A DNA stretch of 64,000 nucleotides from an uncultured Gammaproteobacteria bacterium (GCA_964512985.1 CAZELI010000011.1:383-64382); one strand, 5' to 3'; counted from the first letter of the stretch, positions 1-9,249 are shown. Program-made: numbers and translations. Notes: a model not told the origin generated them from the sequence alone.

Positions 1-1237
1 TCTTAACTATCAAAGCCATATTCTCCTTACTAACTTTGGCTTTTTTAGCATAGGTCTTAAAGCCAGAGCAGATTTGCGTTATCTCATCAATAAGATCATT
101 GGCATCCTTAATATGGAAGCTTCTTGCTAATTGCAGCAAATCTTCACGAGTAAAGTTCTCAGACTTACCATTAATCAATAAATTATGCTCCTTAAGCCAA
201 TAATGATCAGGTCTATAAGAGTAAGTTAAATCATAAGCAGGTGCGAGTGACCATTTACCAGACTGATCCATCAAGAAAGAAAAATTCTTAGTATGATCAT
301 CATGATTACTAGCTACTACATTAAACACCATGCGCCGAAAAAGTTGCTGTCTTTCTTTTGCATTTAACTGCAAGAAATTACTAATCCTAAATAGCGTTTC
401 ATAAGAAGCTGTCCTGGGCTCGTTATAATCCAAATGCGCAAGCGCGCACATAGTTTGCATATGCAGCTTCTCTCCATCTACACGATCAAAACGTTTAGTA
501 AGGAAATGATACCTACCGTGTTCCTCATAGAGACGGGATTCCATCATCTCTATACCGCAATCCCTTGCCATTAAATGGTACGCATATTCAATATTAGTGT
601 AACCAAGTGGATCGCTTAATCCTTCTAGTGTTAGCCCATCAAACTTAATTATCCAATCCTGAAAACCACTACCATGCTGTACTTGTCCAGAACGAATTTC
701 TAGAGTCTTAGGATTAAAGGCTATTACCGCCTTAGCTCTTGCCCCTCCTGCTGAAGACCCAATCTGTAAGACCGTTGCCATATCCTCTAAGGATGCTTTC
801 ACATTCATGCGCTCAGACAGGATCTGCGCTGACAAATCAATTAATTTCGCTACATCTAAATTCTGATCCTGAAATTTTGTATCGTAATTAGGAAAGAATT
901 CTAGCGCACCCATAGCCCTAGAACCCAAATAACATAAGCGATCTAGAGCAGTAACTTGTCCTAATGCCATGCCGTTCTTACTAAACCATAAATCTATCAT
1001 CTGGGTACCATATTTATCAGGCAATGAATCAGCAAGCAAACCAGGCAGCCCATGATAAGTCGCTTCATTCAAATCAAAGCTCCAAGCTTGAGTAACAGAT
1101 CTTGGCATCATCAACGGTGCTAAGTCATAAGCAAGTGGAAACTTAGAATCATACTCAAAGTAAACCAAGCGACTTGCTTTATAAACAGCATAGCCAGCAA
1201 CTTGTCCCCAAATTTTAATTTCTATTTCTTCAATCAT
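1..1237 (-). CDS. hipA: HipA-family Ser/Thr kinase toxin, 3' end runs off the left window edge
   Basis: Hand translation of the minus strand from ATG at 1237 gives MIEEIEIKIWGQVAGYAVYKASRLVYFEYDSKF... The frame stays open to position 1. It contains the signature RMVFNVVASNHDDHTKNFSFLMDQSGKWSLAPAYDLTYSY. The ATG overlaps the stop of the upstream HTH gene (ATGATTGA). Confidence 0.9.
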   Translation of the reverse strand, partial: MIEEIEIKIWGQVAGYAVYKASRLVYFEYDSKFPLAYDLAPLMMPRSVTQAWSFDLNEATYHGLPGLLADSLPDKYGTQMIDLWFSKNGMALGQVTALDRLCYLGSRAMGALEFFPNYDTKFQDQNLDVAKLIDLSAQILSERMNVKASLEDMATVLQIGSSAGGARAKAVIAFNPKTLEIRSGQVQHGSGFQDWIIKFDGLTLEGLSDPLGYTNIEYAYHLMARDCGIEMMESRLYEEHGRYHFLTKRFDRVDGEKLHMQTMCALAHLDYNEPRTASYETLFRISNFLQLNAKERQQLFRRMVFNVVASNHDDHTKNFSFLMDQSGKWSLAPAYDLTYSYRPDHYWLKEHNLLINGKSENFTREDLLQLARSFHIKDANDLIDEITQICSGFKTYAKKAKVSKENMALIVK

Positions 1238-1547
1238 CCTTTCTACTAGCTCTTTTACGTTTAGGTTTTTGTTTACTCATATATAATTCCTTGACTGAGA
1301 TATCATCAAATTTAAGCAGAGCGTCAAGCTTATCAAGTTGATTAAAATACCTAACTACTCTAATAAAAGTTTCTAATCTCATCCCTTGTCCCTTCTCGAT
1401 TTTTTTTACAGTTAATTCACTAACTCCCAGCTCTTCAGCTAATTTCGGTTGAGTTATATTTCTCATTAAACGAAACTCTTTAATACGAGTAGCAAGAACT
1501 TGCAGAATCTCCTTATCTGTCAACCAAAAGCTAATACTATCTTGCAT
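1230..1547 (-). CDS. hipB: HipB-like XRE-family HTH antitoxin/repressor
   Basis: 105 aa with an HTH_3-like segment LMRNITQPKLAEELGVSELTVKKIEKGQ. It overlaps hipA by 8 nt, the classic hipBA arrangement. Confidence 0.8.
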   Translation of the reverse strand: MQDSISFWLTDKEILQVLATRIKEFRLMRNITQPKLAEELGVSELTVKKIEKGQGMRLETFIRVVRYFNQLDKLDALLKFDDISVKELYMSKQKPKRKRASRKDD

Positions 1548-1553
1548 ATGAAT

Positions 1554-1631
1554 ATTATACCCTAAATAAAGTATACTTTTATATATCCTTATAAAGGAAT
1601 TAGCGCTTTAAAGTATATAAAAGTATACTTT
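1554..1631. promoter_or_regulatory. hipBA promoter/operator region
   Basis: The minus-strand -10 TATAAT (1554-1559) lies 6 nt from the ATG at 1547. The perfect 12-bp palindrome AAAGTATACTTT occurs at 1568-1579 and 1620-1631. The inverted repeat ATCCTT-N3-AAGGAA is at 1585-1599. Confidence 0.6.
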
Positions 1632-2592
1632 ATTCCTCTGGACTAAAGCCCATATACTTAGCAACTGGCCAGTAAACGCAATAGAAACTTCCTAATAGAG
1701 CAAAGATCACTAGTAGAGTGAAGACCATGTTCAATGCAGTAAAGATACTGATCAGAAGTGCTTGCTCTCCGATGTTGAAGCGTAAGATTGGAATAGCGCG
1801 GTAGACGGAGAGACCGAAATTCAGGATAGATTTAATAATCGTCATCCTGAGGGAGGGCGAAGCCCGACCGTCAGGATCCACTGCTAATGGCTGGATTGCG
1901 ACGTCGTCCGTCTTCACTTCGTTTCGACGGACTCCTCGCAATGACGATACTGAGTCTTCATGCGACGCCTGACTTCCTCTTTGCACAGCGGGCTCTAGCT
2001 TCATATCCTGATTCACGTAATAATCAATGAGCAATACTGTAAACATCGCAATCATTGCCAGAGGCCAGATTAGCCAAGTCGCTACTGGAAAGGATTTGAT
2101 AAACATCATCTGAAAATCAACGGGTAATTTAAAACTACCATTAACTCCAAGAAAAAATTCTATAACAGAACTCACACGTGAAAAATTCAAAAAGAAAAAC
2201 TCTTCATGACTAGTAAAAAATCCCCAGGCTAATGAGAAGAAATAAATAAAATCCTTAACCCTGTCACTGACCCGATCTAACCAAGCACCAAGCTTAGAGA
2301 ACTGTTGGCGATAGCGCGCCAGTTGCCCGTCCATGCAATCTACAGCAAATGAAAGCTGCACCAAAGCCGCTCCTATAATGAGGTGTAAATGATCACCACA
2401 AGCAAAGCACCATGCCGCAATCATCCCAATTAAAAAAGAATTAACGGTAATAAGGTTTGGACTAATCCAGGATATATCACAAATCGGCTCAAGCAAACGA
2501 TTAGCCAGAGGACCAGAGAAAATACTTGCCCACCAGCCGTCTTTTTGTTTAATAGCAGAACGAAGTTTTAATTTTTGAGTAGGAGATAGCAC
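1630..2592 (-). CDS. CDP-alcohol phosphatidyltransferase family protein with an in-frame repeat-element insertion
   Basis: Carries the motif DCMDGQLARYRQQFSKLGAWLDRVSDRVKD (D-x2-DG-x2-AR...G-x3-D-x3-D) and is polytopic. About aa 216-251 (SSLRGVRRNEVKTDDVAIQPLAVDPDGRASPSLRMT) are encoded by the repeat element at 1840-1946. Confidence 0.8.
   Translation of the reverse strand: MLSPTQKLKLRSAIKQKDGWWASIFSGPLANRLLEPICDISWISPNLITVNSFLIGMIAAWCFACGDHLHLIIGAALVQLSFAVDCMDGQLARYRQQFSKLGAWLDRVSDRVKDFIYFFSLAWGFFTSHEEFFFLNFSRVSSVIEFFLGVNGSFKLPVDFQMMFIKSFPVATWLIWPLAMIAMFTVLLIDYYVNQDMKLEPAVQRGSQASHEDSVSSLRGVRRNEVKTDDVAIQPLAVDPDGRASPSLRMTIIKSILNFGLSVYRAIPILRFNIGEQALLISIFTALNMVFTLLVIFALLGSFYCVYWPVAKYMGFSPEE
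1840..1946. mobile_element. REPIN/MITE-like doublet located inside a CDS
   Basis: Module CGTCATCCTGAGGGAGGGCGAAGCCCGACCGTCAGGATCCAC (1840-1881) plus inverted module CTGGATTGCGACGTC...TCCTCGCAATGACG (1891-1946). Same family as 4094-4204, 26095-26203, 54399-54485 and 57086-57198. Confidence 0.85.
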
Positions 2593-2631
2593 TACTTATA
2601 TAATATAAGGTAAAGAGCTAAAAAAATCTTA

Positions 2632-3048
2632 TTACTTCCTCTCTAAAGCTAATTCTTTTAATCTCTGTTGAGTTAAAACTTCATCAACGACATCAGAAAG
2701 CATCACCGCTAGCTCATGAGCCGCTAGATATCGCTCAATCATTAGCTTAAAACCACCGCTCTTAATTCTGTCTATCAGGGGTTTAACATCATTTATTTCC
2801 TGGATAATATCGTTCTTAGTACGAATATCATCATTATTAGAACTTATTTTAGTTTTTCCACTAGTTTTTAAAAATTCCTTTAAAGCATCAGACGAAAGCG
2901 CTTCTCGAAGCATTTTCTCTATATGATGCGCATTCACTTCTCTTGCTTTACCAGATAAATAAGTAGGTATCTCATTGGCACGTCTCATTGCTTTGAGCGC
3001 AGCAATTAAGGCTTGCGAAAATTCATCAATTTCTGTCGGTTTATCCAT
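2632..3048 (-). CDS. Hypothetical protein; start probably at M62 of the 199-aa track ORF
   Basis: The long ORF would overlap the thrB start by 68 nt. The internal start MDKPTEIDEF avoids the overlap. No motif recognised. Confidence 0.4.
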   Translation of the reverse strand: MDKPTEIDEFSQALIAALKAMRRANEIPTYLSGKAREVNAHHIEKMLREALSSDALKEFLKTSGKTKISSNNDDIRTKNDIIQEINDVKPLIDRIKSGGFKLMIERYLAAHELAVMLSDVVDEVLTQQRLKELALERK

Positions 3049-3163
3049 AGCAACTAAATAGTTTCTACCACAGGAAACATAAGATTTAACAGGAGCAATT
3101 AGCGGTCCGCAGAAAATGTTATTAATAAGCTGAGCAATTAGTGGATTATGGTATAAAATACTG

Positions 3164-4081
3164 ATGGTGAGCCCATTTATAGTAAAAGTCCCAGCAAGTA
3201 CTTCGAATCTAGGTCCCGGCTTTGATGTCATTGGGCTGGCGTTAAATCTCTACAATAGCTATAGTTTTGAGCTTAGCAATCAAGGAAACTCTGAGCTTAG
3301 CTATAGCTCTAATGTAAGTTCTAGTGAAATCCCCTATAGCAAAGATAATCTAGTTTATCGGGCTTTTGATTATGTTTTTCGTAAAGAGTCTAAAGAAACC
3401 CCTTCCGTCAAAATTCATTTTCAAGCTGATATACCTACCACTGGTGGCTTTGGGTCAAGCAGCACCGCAATTCTTGCTGGCTTAATGGCAGCTAACAAAA
3501 TACTTGGCGAACCTTACGACACTAATAAGATTCTTAAAATAGGAACTCAACTCGACGGACATCCAGATAATATAACCCCTGCCATGCTTGGCGGTTTAAT
3601 AGTCTGTGTCTACGCTGATGCGCAGCATCATTACGTTAAATTAGCTTGGGACCAAAACTTATTTTTTGTGGCAGTGACACCAGACTTTAAGGTGCCCACA
3701 GCAGATGCAAGAGCGGTATTGCCTTCGCATGTAGAGTTTCAAGATGCGGTATTTAATCTCGGTTACAGTAGTTTATTAATCGCAGCACTTGCAACAAAAA
3801 ACACCGAAGTCCTCAAGCAATGCTTCAAAGACAGACTACATCAGCATTACAGAGCGAAGCTCGTTCCTGGAATGCAATGCGTGCTTGATACTGGAGTAGA
3901 AGCAGGAGCTATTGGCACTATGCTCTCTGGAGCTGGATCAACTTTAATTGCAGTAGTAGATAATGATAAAACTGCTGAGACGGTAGCGCTTGCAATGCAA
4001 TCTGCTTGGATGCAAAGCGGTGTCAAATGTGACTATAGGTTCTTGAGAGCCGTGGATACAGGCGCAAGTATTGTTTCGTAG
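3164..4081 (+). CDS. thrB: Homoserine kinase
   Basis: N-terminal VKVPASTSNLGPGFD and the GHMP kinase motif PTTGGFGSSSTAILAG. Length 305 aa. Confidence 0.9.
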   Translation: MVSPFIVKVPASTSNLGPGFDVIGLALNLYNSYSFELSNQGNSELSYSSNVSSSEIPYSKDNLVYRAFDYVFRKESKETPSVKIHFQADIPTTGGFGSSSTAILAGLMAANKILGEPYDTNKILKIGTQLDGHPDNITPAMLGGLIVCVYADAQHHYVKLAWDQNLFFVAVTPDFKVPTADARAVLPSHVEFQDAVFNLGYSSLLIAALATKNTEVLKQCFKDRLHQHYRAKLVPGMQCVLDTGVEAGAIGTMLSGAGSTLIAVVDNDKTAETVALAMQSAWMQSGVKCDYRFLRAVDTGASIVS

Positions 4082-4093
4082 ATTTAAGGATTT

Positions 4094-4204
4094 CGTCATC
4101 CTGAGGGAGGGCGAAGCCCGACCGTAAGGATCCACTTTTATTAATAGATTATTCGTAGCAGTGGATCCTTACGTCGCAACCTACGGTTGCTCCTCAGGAT
4201 GACG
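4094..4204. mobile_element. REPIN/MITE-like palindromic doublet
   Basis: Terminal inverted repeats CGTCATCCTGAGG / CCTCAGGATGACG. Inner GGATCCAC...GTGGATCC with a 25-nt spacer. Sits 13 nt after the thrB stop. It is the reverse-orientation counterpart of 57086-57198. Confidence 0.9.
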
Positions 4205-4226
4205 GAAAGCAATATATAATATATAG

Positions 4227-5639
4227 ATGCGCCGAATTACTAAGTTAATTTTAGTTTTATTAATATTGTTTTCAAACAGTCCAGTTCAGGCACTATCTGT
4301 TCAACATGAATTAGAAGAAGAAACCAAATATCCAGAAGTTCCACCAGCAAAACTTTATGATAAGGTCTGGAAAATTATTAAAAGTGACTATGTTGACCAA
4401 CATTATAACCATCAAGATTGGGAGATTTGGAGACACCGTTACGACGACTATTTGGAGACTAGAGAAGATTCTTATAAAGCAATAGAGACTATGGTCGCTT
4501 CGCTGGGTGATCGTTATACTAGATTCCTTGACCGTAAAGAGTTTGAAGAAGAGAAAGAATCGATAGAAGCAGAATTGACTGGAGTCGGCATACAGATAGG
4601 GTTAGACAAATCTGGGCAAGTGATTGTTATTGCTCCAATAGAAGGTACTCCAGGAGCTAATGCTGATCTGAGACCTAACGATTTAATTATAGAAATAGAT
4701 GGCAAGAACACCTCGGGCATTTCCATCGAGCAAGCAGCGAAGATGATTCGTGGACCAGTAGGCAGCTCGGTGACACTCACTGTTAAACGCGAAAAAGAAA
4801 AGATGAAGAAGACTATTACACGAGCTGTGATTCCTATTAAGTCTATTCCTGACGGACAAGCTAAGATGATTTTTGATGATATTGGTTATATTCGCCTTAG
4901 TACATTCATCTCTAAAGATACAGTGGAAGAATTATTAGATGCTATGGATAAGCTTGATAAAGATGCTAAGGGCTATATTATCGACTTGCGTAATAATCCA
5001 GGTGGTCTATTAAACAACGCAATGGTAATCTCTGACATGTTTCTGAACGAAGGTATTATAGTTAGCACTGTTAACAAGAATGGGTATGTTAGTTCATTTA
5101 ACTCTCGTAAAATCAGTTCTTCTGATAAACCTTTAGCATTGTTGGTGAATAGCAACAGCGCAAGCGCTAGTGAGATTTTCGCAGGGGCTCTGAGAGACAA
5201 TGGTAGAGCAGATATCATTGGAACTACGACATTTGGTAAGGGGTTAGTACAAGCAATTAATAAGCTTGGTGATGGTAGTGGCGTGAACGTAACTATCGCT
5301 AAATATCTCACACCTAATAAAACAGACATAAATAAGAAAGGTATTAAGCCTGATTATGAAGTGAAACTAGAGAAGCTTGATTATGACCTCAGTAGAGGAC
5401 CTTGGTTCTTTGATCCCAATGTTAAGTTTGGTATAAGACAACCAGAAGACGCTCAAGACAAGCAACTTATGAAAGCTGTCGAAGTACTTAAACCTAAGAT
5501 CGCTGATGCTAAGCCACTTGCGAAAGAAATAATTGATAAAGTAACTGAACTCGATAAGAAGTACGCTGAAAAAGAAGCCGAAGAGAAAAAGAAAGAAGAG
5601 AAAGACAAACAAAAAGATAAAGTTAAGGCTGAGAAGTAA
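4227..5639 (+). CDS. ctpA: C-terminal processing peptidase (S41 family) with PDZ domain and lysine-rich tail
   Basis: Signal peptide; PDZ-like GVGIQIGLDKSGQVIVIAPIEGTPGANADLRPNDLIIEIDG; catalytic region NSASASEIFAGAL ... TFGKG. TATAAT at 4215-4220 lies 6 nt before the ATG. Confidence 0.88.
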   Translation: MRRITKLILVLLILFSNSPVQALSVQHELEEETKYPEVPPAKLYDKVWKIIKSDYVDQHYNHQDWEIWRHRYDDYLETREDSYKAIETMVASLGDRYTRFLDRKEFEEEKESIEAELTGVGIQIGLDKSGQVIVIAPIEGTPGANADLRPNDLIIEIDGKNTSGISIEQAAKMIRGPVGSSVTLTVKREKEKMKKTITRAVIPIKSIPDGQAKMIFDDIGYIRLSTFISKDTVEELLDAMDKLDKDAKGYIIDLRNNPGGLLNNAMVISDMFLNEGIIVSTVNKNGYVSSFNSRKISSSDKPLALLVNSNSASASEIFAGALRDNGRADIIGTTTFGKGLVQAINKLGDGSGVNVTIAKYLTPNKTDINKKGIKPDYEVKLEKLDYDLSRGPWFFDPNVKFGIRQPEDAQDKQLMKAVEVLKPKIADAKPLAKEIIDKVTELDKKYAEKEAEEKKKEEKDKQKDKVKAEK

Positions 5640-5664
5640 ATCTATATTGCTATAATATTCTCTC

Positions 5665-6672
5665 GTGCCTGTCAAAGAACTAACATCAATCAAAATTGGA
5701 GACCTAACTCTAAATGGCTGTGTCTACATACCTCCCATGGCAGGGGTTACGGATATAGTTTATAGAAAGCTTTGTAGAGAGTTTGATCCAGATGTATTAC
5801 TCTCGACAGAGATGCTTAGCTCTAAATCTCTTACTTACGCTCACAAGAATTCTAAAACTCATAGACATACAGCGCGCATGGATATACCTGAAGCTGATCC
5901 ATTAACTGGTATCCAATTATTTGGGCATGAACCAGAGGTAATGGCAGAAGCCGCCCAGATCGCAGAAGAATCTGGAGCTAAATTTATCGATATAAATATG
6001 GGCTGTCCTGTATCTAAGATAGTGAAAGGGCAAGATGGAGCAGCACTGATGCGTGAACCTGATCTAGCTTGTGACATCGTGAGGGCAGTAATCGCAGCCA
6101 CTAAATTACCTGTCACCGTTAAAACTCGCTTAGGCTGGTGCGCAGAGAGCATGCATACTCCTGAACTCGCTAAGAGGTTTGAAGGATTAGGCGTACAAGC
6201 CATGACTATTCATGGCAGAACCAGATCTCAATTATATAGTGGTCAAGCTAACTGGGACCAAATTGCGCAAGTCGTCTCAGCAGTGAAGATTCCAATATTT
6301 GCTAATGGTGATATCAAAGATCTAAATGATGCTAAGAAAATATTAGAAGTTACTGGCGCTGTAGGCATGGCGATAGCGCGCGCGACAATGGGCAAGCCTT
6401 GGTTCTCCAAGCAAGTGAATCATTATATTCGCACTAGTGAGATTCTTCCAGAACCCAATATCCAAGAGCGATTGGCATTAGCCTTAAAACATTGTCAAAT
6501 GTTAGTAGAGTATAAGGGACTAGAAATAGGTATCAGAGAAAGTCGTAGACATATAGTGAGCTATACTGCTGGAATGAAAGGCGCCGCCAAAATCCGCCCT
6601 CTTATACTTGCTGTTAATTCAGTAGCAGAAGCCGAGAAATTAATTGATGAGCTTTTGGTTTTGAATTCTTAA
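5665..6672 (+). CDS. dusB: tRNA-dihydrouridine synthase
   Basis: Motifs PPMAGVTD, IDINMGCPVSKIVK, TIHGRTR. GTG start. TATAAT at 5651-5656 lies 8 nt upstream. Confidence 0.88.
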   Translation: MPVKELTSIKIGDLTLNGCVYIPPMAGVTDIVYRKLCREFDPDVLLSTEMLSSKSLTYAHKNSKTHRHTARMDIPEADPLTGIQLFGHEPEVMAEAAQIAEESGAKFIDINMGCPVSKIVKGQDGAALMREPDLACDIVRAVIAATKLPVTVKTRLGWCAESMHTPELAKRFEGLGVQAMTIHGRTRSQLYSGQANWDQIAQVVSAVKIPIFANGDIKDLNDAKKILEVTGAVGMAIARATMGKPWFSKQVNHYIRTSEILPEPNIQERLALALKHCQMLVEYKGLEIGIRESRRHIVSYTAGMKGAAKIRPLILAVNSVAEAEKLIDELLVLNS

Positions 6673-6694
6673 CCTAGAGGCAATGGTCAACCGA

Positions 6695-6825
6695 TACCCG
6701 TAATCCGTCATTGCAACGTAGACACTAGTGCAGACCGACACCCGTTAGCCGTCATCGCGAGGAGTCCGTCGTAACGCAGTGAAGACGGACTCCTCGCAAT
6801 GACGGACTACGGGTGCTGGTTTACT
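6695..6825. mobile_element. Composite or degenerate cluster of the same repeat family (TTGCGAGG subtype)
   Basis: Long hairpin CGTCATCGCGAGGAGTCCGTC-loop-GACGGACTCCTCGCAATGACG (6750-6814). It is nested in the outer inverted repeat ACCCGTAATCCGTCATTGC (about 6697-6715) / GCAATGACGGACTACGGGT (about 6805-6823). Lies between the convergent dusB and methyltransferase genes. Confidence 0.75.
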
Positions 6826-8053
6826 ACAAATCACCCCAATAATCCATATCACGTGCTTTCTTCAAAGCATCCTGGTAAGCCGGTTCATCACCAATTAATT
6901 TATAATACCTAGCCCAAAGCTCATAAGTGAAAGCATTATAGGGAGAGAGTTCTGTAAGCTCTTCCAAAATCAACTTCAGCTCATTAAGATTAGAATCCGA
7001 GAATTCATCTGCTTGCTTCTCTAATTCTAAATATCTCAAGATCAAATTATGGGCAATGAAAAGCTCATCATAGATAGGTCTTAAGCATTCTAGTAAGGCT
7101 TGCTGCTTAGTAACCAACAATCTAGAAATGTTCTTGGTATCATTTTGCACCATGCCAATATAACCCAGCCTTCGCAAAGAATCTAATAAGAAACTATTAT
7201 CAACTTCATGAGCAATAGAATTCCCCACTACTGCAAAGCGAAAGTTCCTCTCACGATTAGGAATTATATCCACCGACAATAAGAAACCATTCTCATCTAG
7301 TAAGCTCATTAAATTATCACAAGCCTTAAGTGCATCATAAGAATAAAAAATCTCTTTCTGGTAATCTGAATAGTATTCTAGTAAGTAAGATTTATAATGC
7401 TTCTCTGTATCGCCCTGCTCATCCCAGTTATAGGCTTGCCATTTCTCTTCATGCTCTAACCTTGCTTGCAAGAAATCATTCTCCAAGATATCTGGTTCTT
7501 GATCTTCTCTCTTACTAGTAGATATATATAATTCTTCTAAAGTATCTGACTTAGACCATCGTAAAATAGTCATAGGTAAAGCATCTAATACATAATGCAA
7601 GAATATTGCCCTAATATTACTCAATGGAATAGAGTCACTGACTATATTGAAGACTAGTAATTTATAATCTTGTCCTTCTTGAAACTCGTCCAAGATTCCT
7701 CTGGATCGTATCTCTTCTAAATTATGCTTAGAATAATCCGTAATTAATAAAGTAAGCTTCTCTAAGATCCCAAGCTCTCTTGCAGCAAGGAGAAAGTGCC
7801 GAGAGAATCTTCCTGAACCAGCGCCGCATTCTAGTACATTAACCTTAGTAGCACTAGGATATGCTTCTAGATTAGCTTGCACTAACTTAGCCAGCGCCAT
7901 TGCACTTTGGTAATTAGTACCAATCTTATGCGGAATGATTTTAGGAGCCTTATTACTCCATGCCATAATACCTTTAGCCTGGTAATATTGGTCGCTTATT
8001 TGCCATATAATCGATTCATTATAAGGCTTGAAATTTTCATCTAAATATGGCAT
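6824..8053 (-). CDS. Class I SAM-dependent methyltransferase-like protein with a C-terminal helical (TPR-like) region
   Basis: Motif I LECGAGSGRFS. The start ATG directly abuts the stop of the upstream ORF (TAAATG). Confidence 0.55.
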   Translation of the reverse strand: MPYLDENFKPYNESIIWQISDQYYQAKGIMAWSNKAPKIIPHKIGTNYQSAMALAKLVQANLEAYPSATKVNVLECGAGSGRFSRHFLLAARELGILEKLTLLITDYSKHNLEEIRSRGILDEFQEGQDYKLLVFNIVSDSIPLSNIRAIFLHYVLDALPMTILRWSKSDTLEELYISTSKREDQEPDILENDFLQARLEHEEKWQAYNWDEQGDTEKHYKSYLLEYYSDYQKEIFYSYDALKACDNLMSLLDENGFLLSVDIIPNRERNFRFAVVGNSIAHEVDNSFLLDSLRRLGYIGMVQNDTKNISRLLVTKQQALLECLRPIYDELFIAHNLILRYLELEKQADEFSDSNLNELKLILEELTELSPYNAFTYELWARYYKLIGDEPAYQDALKKARDMDYWGDL

Positions 8054-9109
8054 TTATAAATAACTTGCAATATCAATATCAGTATTAGCAATGATCTCTT
8101 GAGTAACAGGATTTAGAAGCATTAATTGATATTTATCACTTTTCTTTACAGAGCCTAGACTAAAGGCTAGCTTAATTACATTAGAATTTTTTACTGAAAC
8201 AGAATCTAGTCCAGCATTGGACAATAGAGGATTATTAAATATTGGTAGCACATGCCTATCAGAACTCAGTATAAAATCCCCCATGAAAAGCTCACGGGGA
8301 CTATTATTGGCAAGTTCTATATCCACCAGCATAAACTCACCATAGTCTCTAGATTTAAATTTAGAAATTTGTTTCACATGAATATCAATGCCCATAAGCT
8401 TAGCGCTAATAGGTTCAAATTCTTGCGACATTATCGGCAGTTCTTCAAGAAACGCAAAATCAGAATCAAGCTTAAGATTAATAGGATCAAAGCCACTACT
8501 AACTAGCTCCTTACCCTTAGTCTTAACAACACCAGCCAAGCCCAACCCCAATCCTAGACCAGCTCCTACCATGGTAGTAATACCACTAGTTGCCATAGCA
8601 GCACCAATACCACCATATTGTATAGAATCCAGAGCTCCAACTAAAGTGCTAGCAGTAATAGTACTACTATGCTTAATTAATTTTCTTGCTAGAGTTTTGA
8701 TGTTACTTGGTTGATCATCATCTTGCATACTTTCCTTAGAACTAAAATCTGCACTAACTTTTACCGTAGAACCATCTGGAAACATGAGTTCGTTGACATG
8801 AATTTTTAAGCTAGCACCGATACCTAAGGACTTGGGTTTATTAAGCTGAGTAATTTCTCCTAATAAACGAGTTCTTTCTGGAATCTTAAAAATCTGACAA
8901 GCATTCTTGGAAAGAAACGCACTAAAGTAATCACCCGTAAGACTAAGCTCAGTATCCACTATAGTCTCAGGTACTACTTGAATATTTAATCCTTTGGTTT
9001 CAAAAGCCTGAATCTGCGCTTGGTAAACAGGGGTAATACTCATTACTTTTAGCGGCGAAACTAATATAAAAGAATTTATTAATAAAAAGATATGTACAAA
9101 TTTTCTCAC
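8054..9109 (-). CDS. Secreted hypothetical protein with a glycine-zipper segment
   Basis: N-terminal signal-like FVHIFLLINSFILVSPLKVMS. Central GIGAAMATSGITTMVGAGLGLGLGLAGV. GTG start. Confidence 0.5.
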   Translation of the reverse strand: MRKFVHIFLLINSFILVSPLKVMSITPVYQAQIQAFETKGLNIQVVPETIVDTELSLTGDYFSAFLSKNACQIFKIPERTRLLGEITQLNKPKSLGIGASLKIHVNELMFPDGSTVKVSADFSSKESMQDDDQPSNIKTLARKLIKHSSTITASTLVGALDSIQYGGIGAAMATSGITTMVGAGLGLGLGLAGVVKTKGKELVSSGFDPINLKLDSDFAFLEELPIMSQEFEPISAKLMGIDIHVKQISKFKSRDYGEFMLVDIELANNSPRELFMGDFILSSDRHVLPIFNNPLLSNAGLDSVSVKNSNVIKLAFSLGSVKKSDKYQLMLLNPVTQEIIANTDIDIASYL

Positions 9110-9172
9110 GAGCTCTTATGCTAGTATTTTATCCGCAATAGCGATATTGCGTAAGGGGGGACTTCATGGCGC

Positions 9173-9249
9173 GGAGGCGTAGCTCAGTTGGTTAGAGCAC
9201 CTGTCTGTCACGCAGGGGGTCGAGGGTTCAAGTCCCTTCGTCTCCGCCA
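9173..9249 (+). tRNA. tRNA-Asp (anticodon GTC), CCA encoded
   Basis: Hand-folded cloverleaf. Acceptor stem GGAGGCG/CGTCTCC. Anticodon stem CCTGT/GCAGG with loop CTGTCAC. T arm GAGGG-TTCAAGT-CCCTT. 3' GCCA. Confidence 0.9.

Noticed and set aside
3049-3231. N-terminal 61 aa of the 199-aa ORF at 2632-3231
   Set aside because: It would overlap the thrB start by 68 nt in divergent orientation. The internal Met gives a compact gene. It is kept only as a low-confidence hypothetical.
3944-4135. 63-aa minus-strand ORF (MDPYGRASPSLRMTK...)
   Set aside because: It is produced by reading through the repeat doublet at 4094-4204 and the antisense strand of the thrB 3' end. The same peptide-like strings arise wherever the repeat occurs, so it is not a gene.
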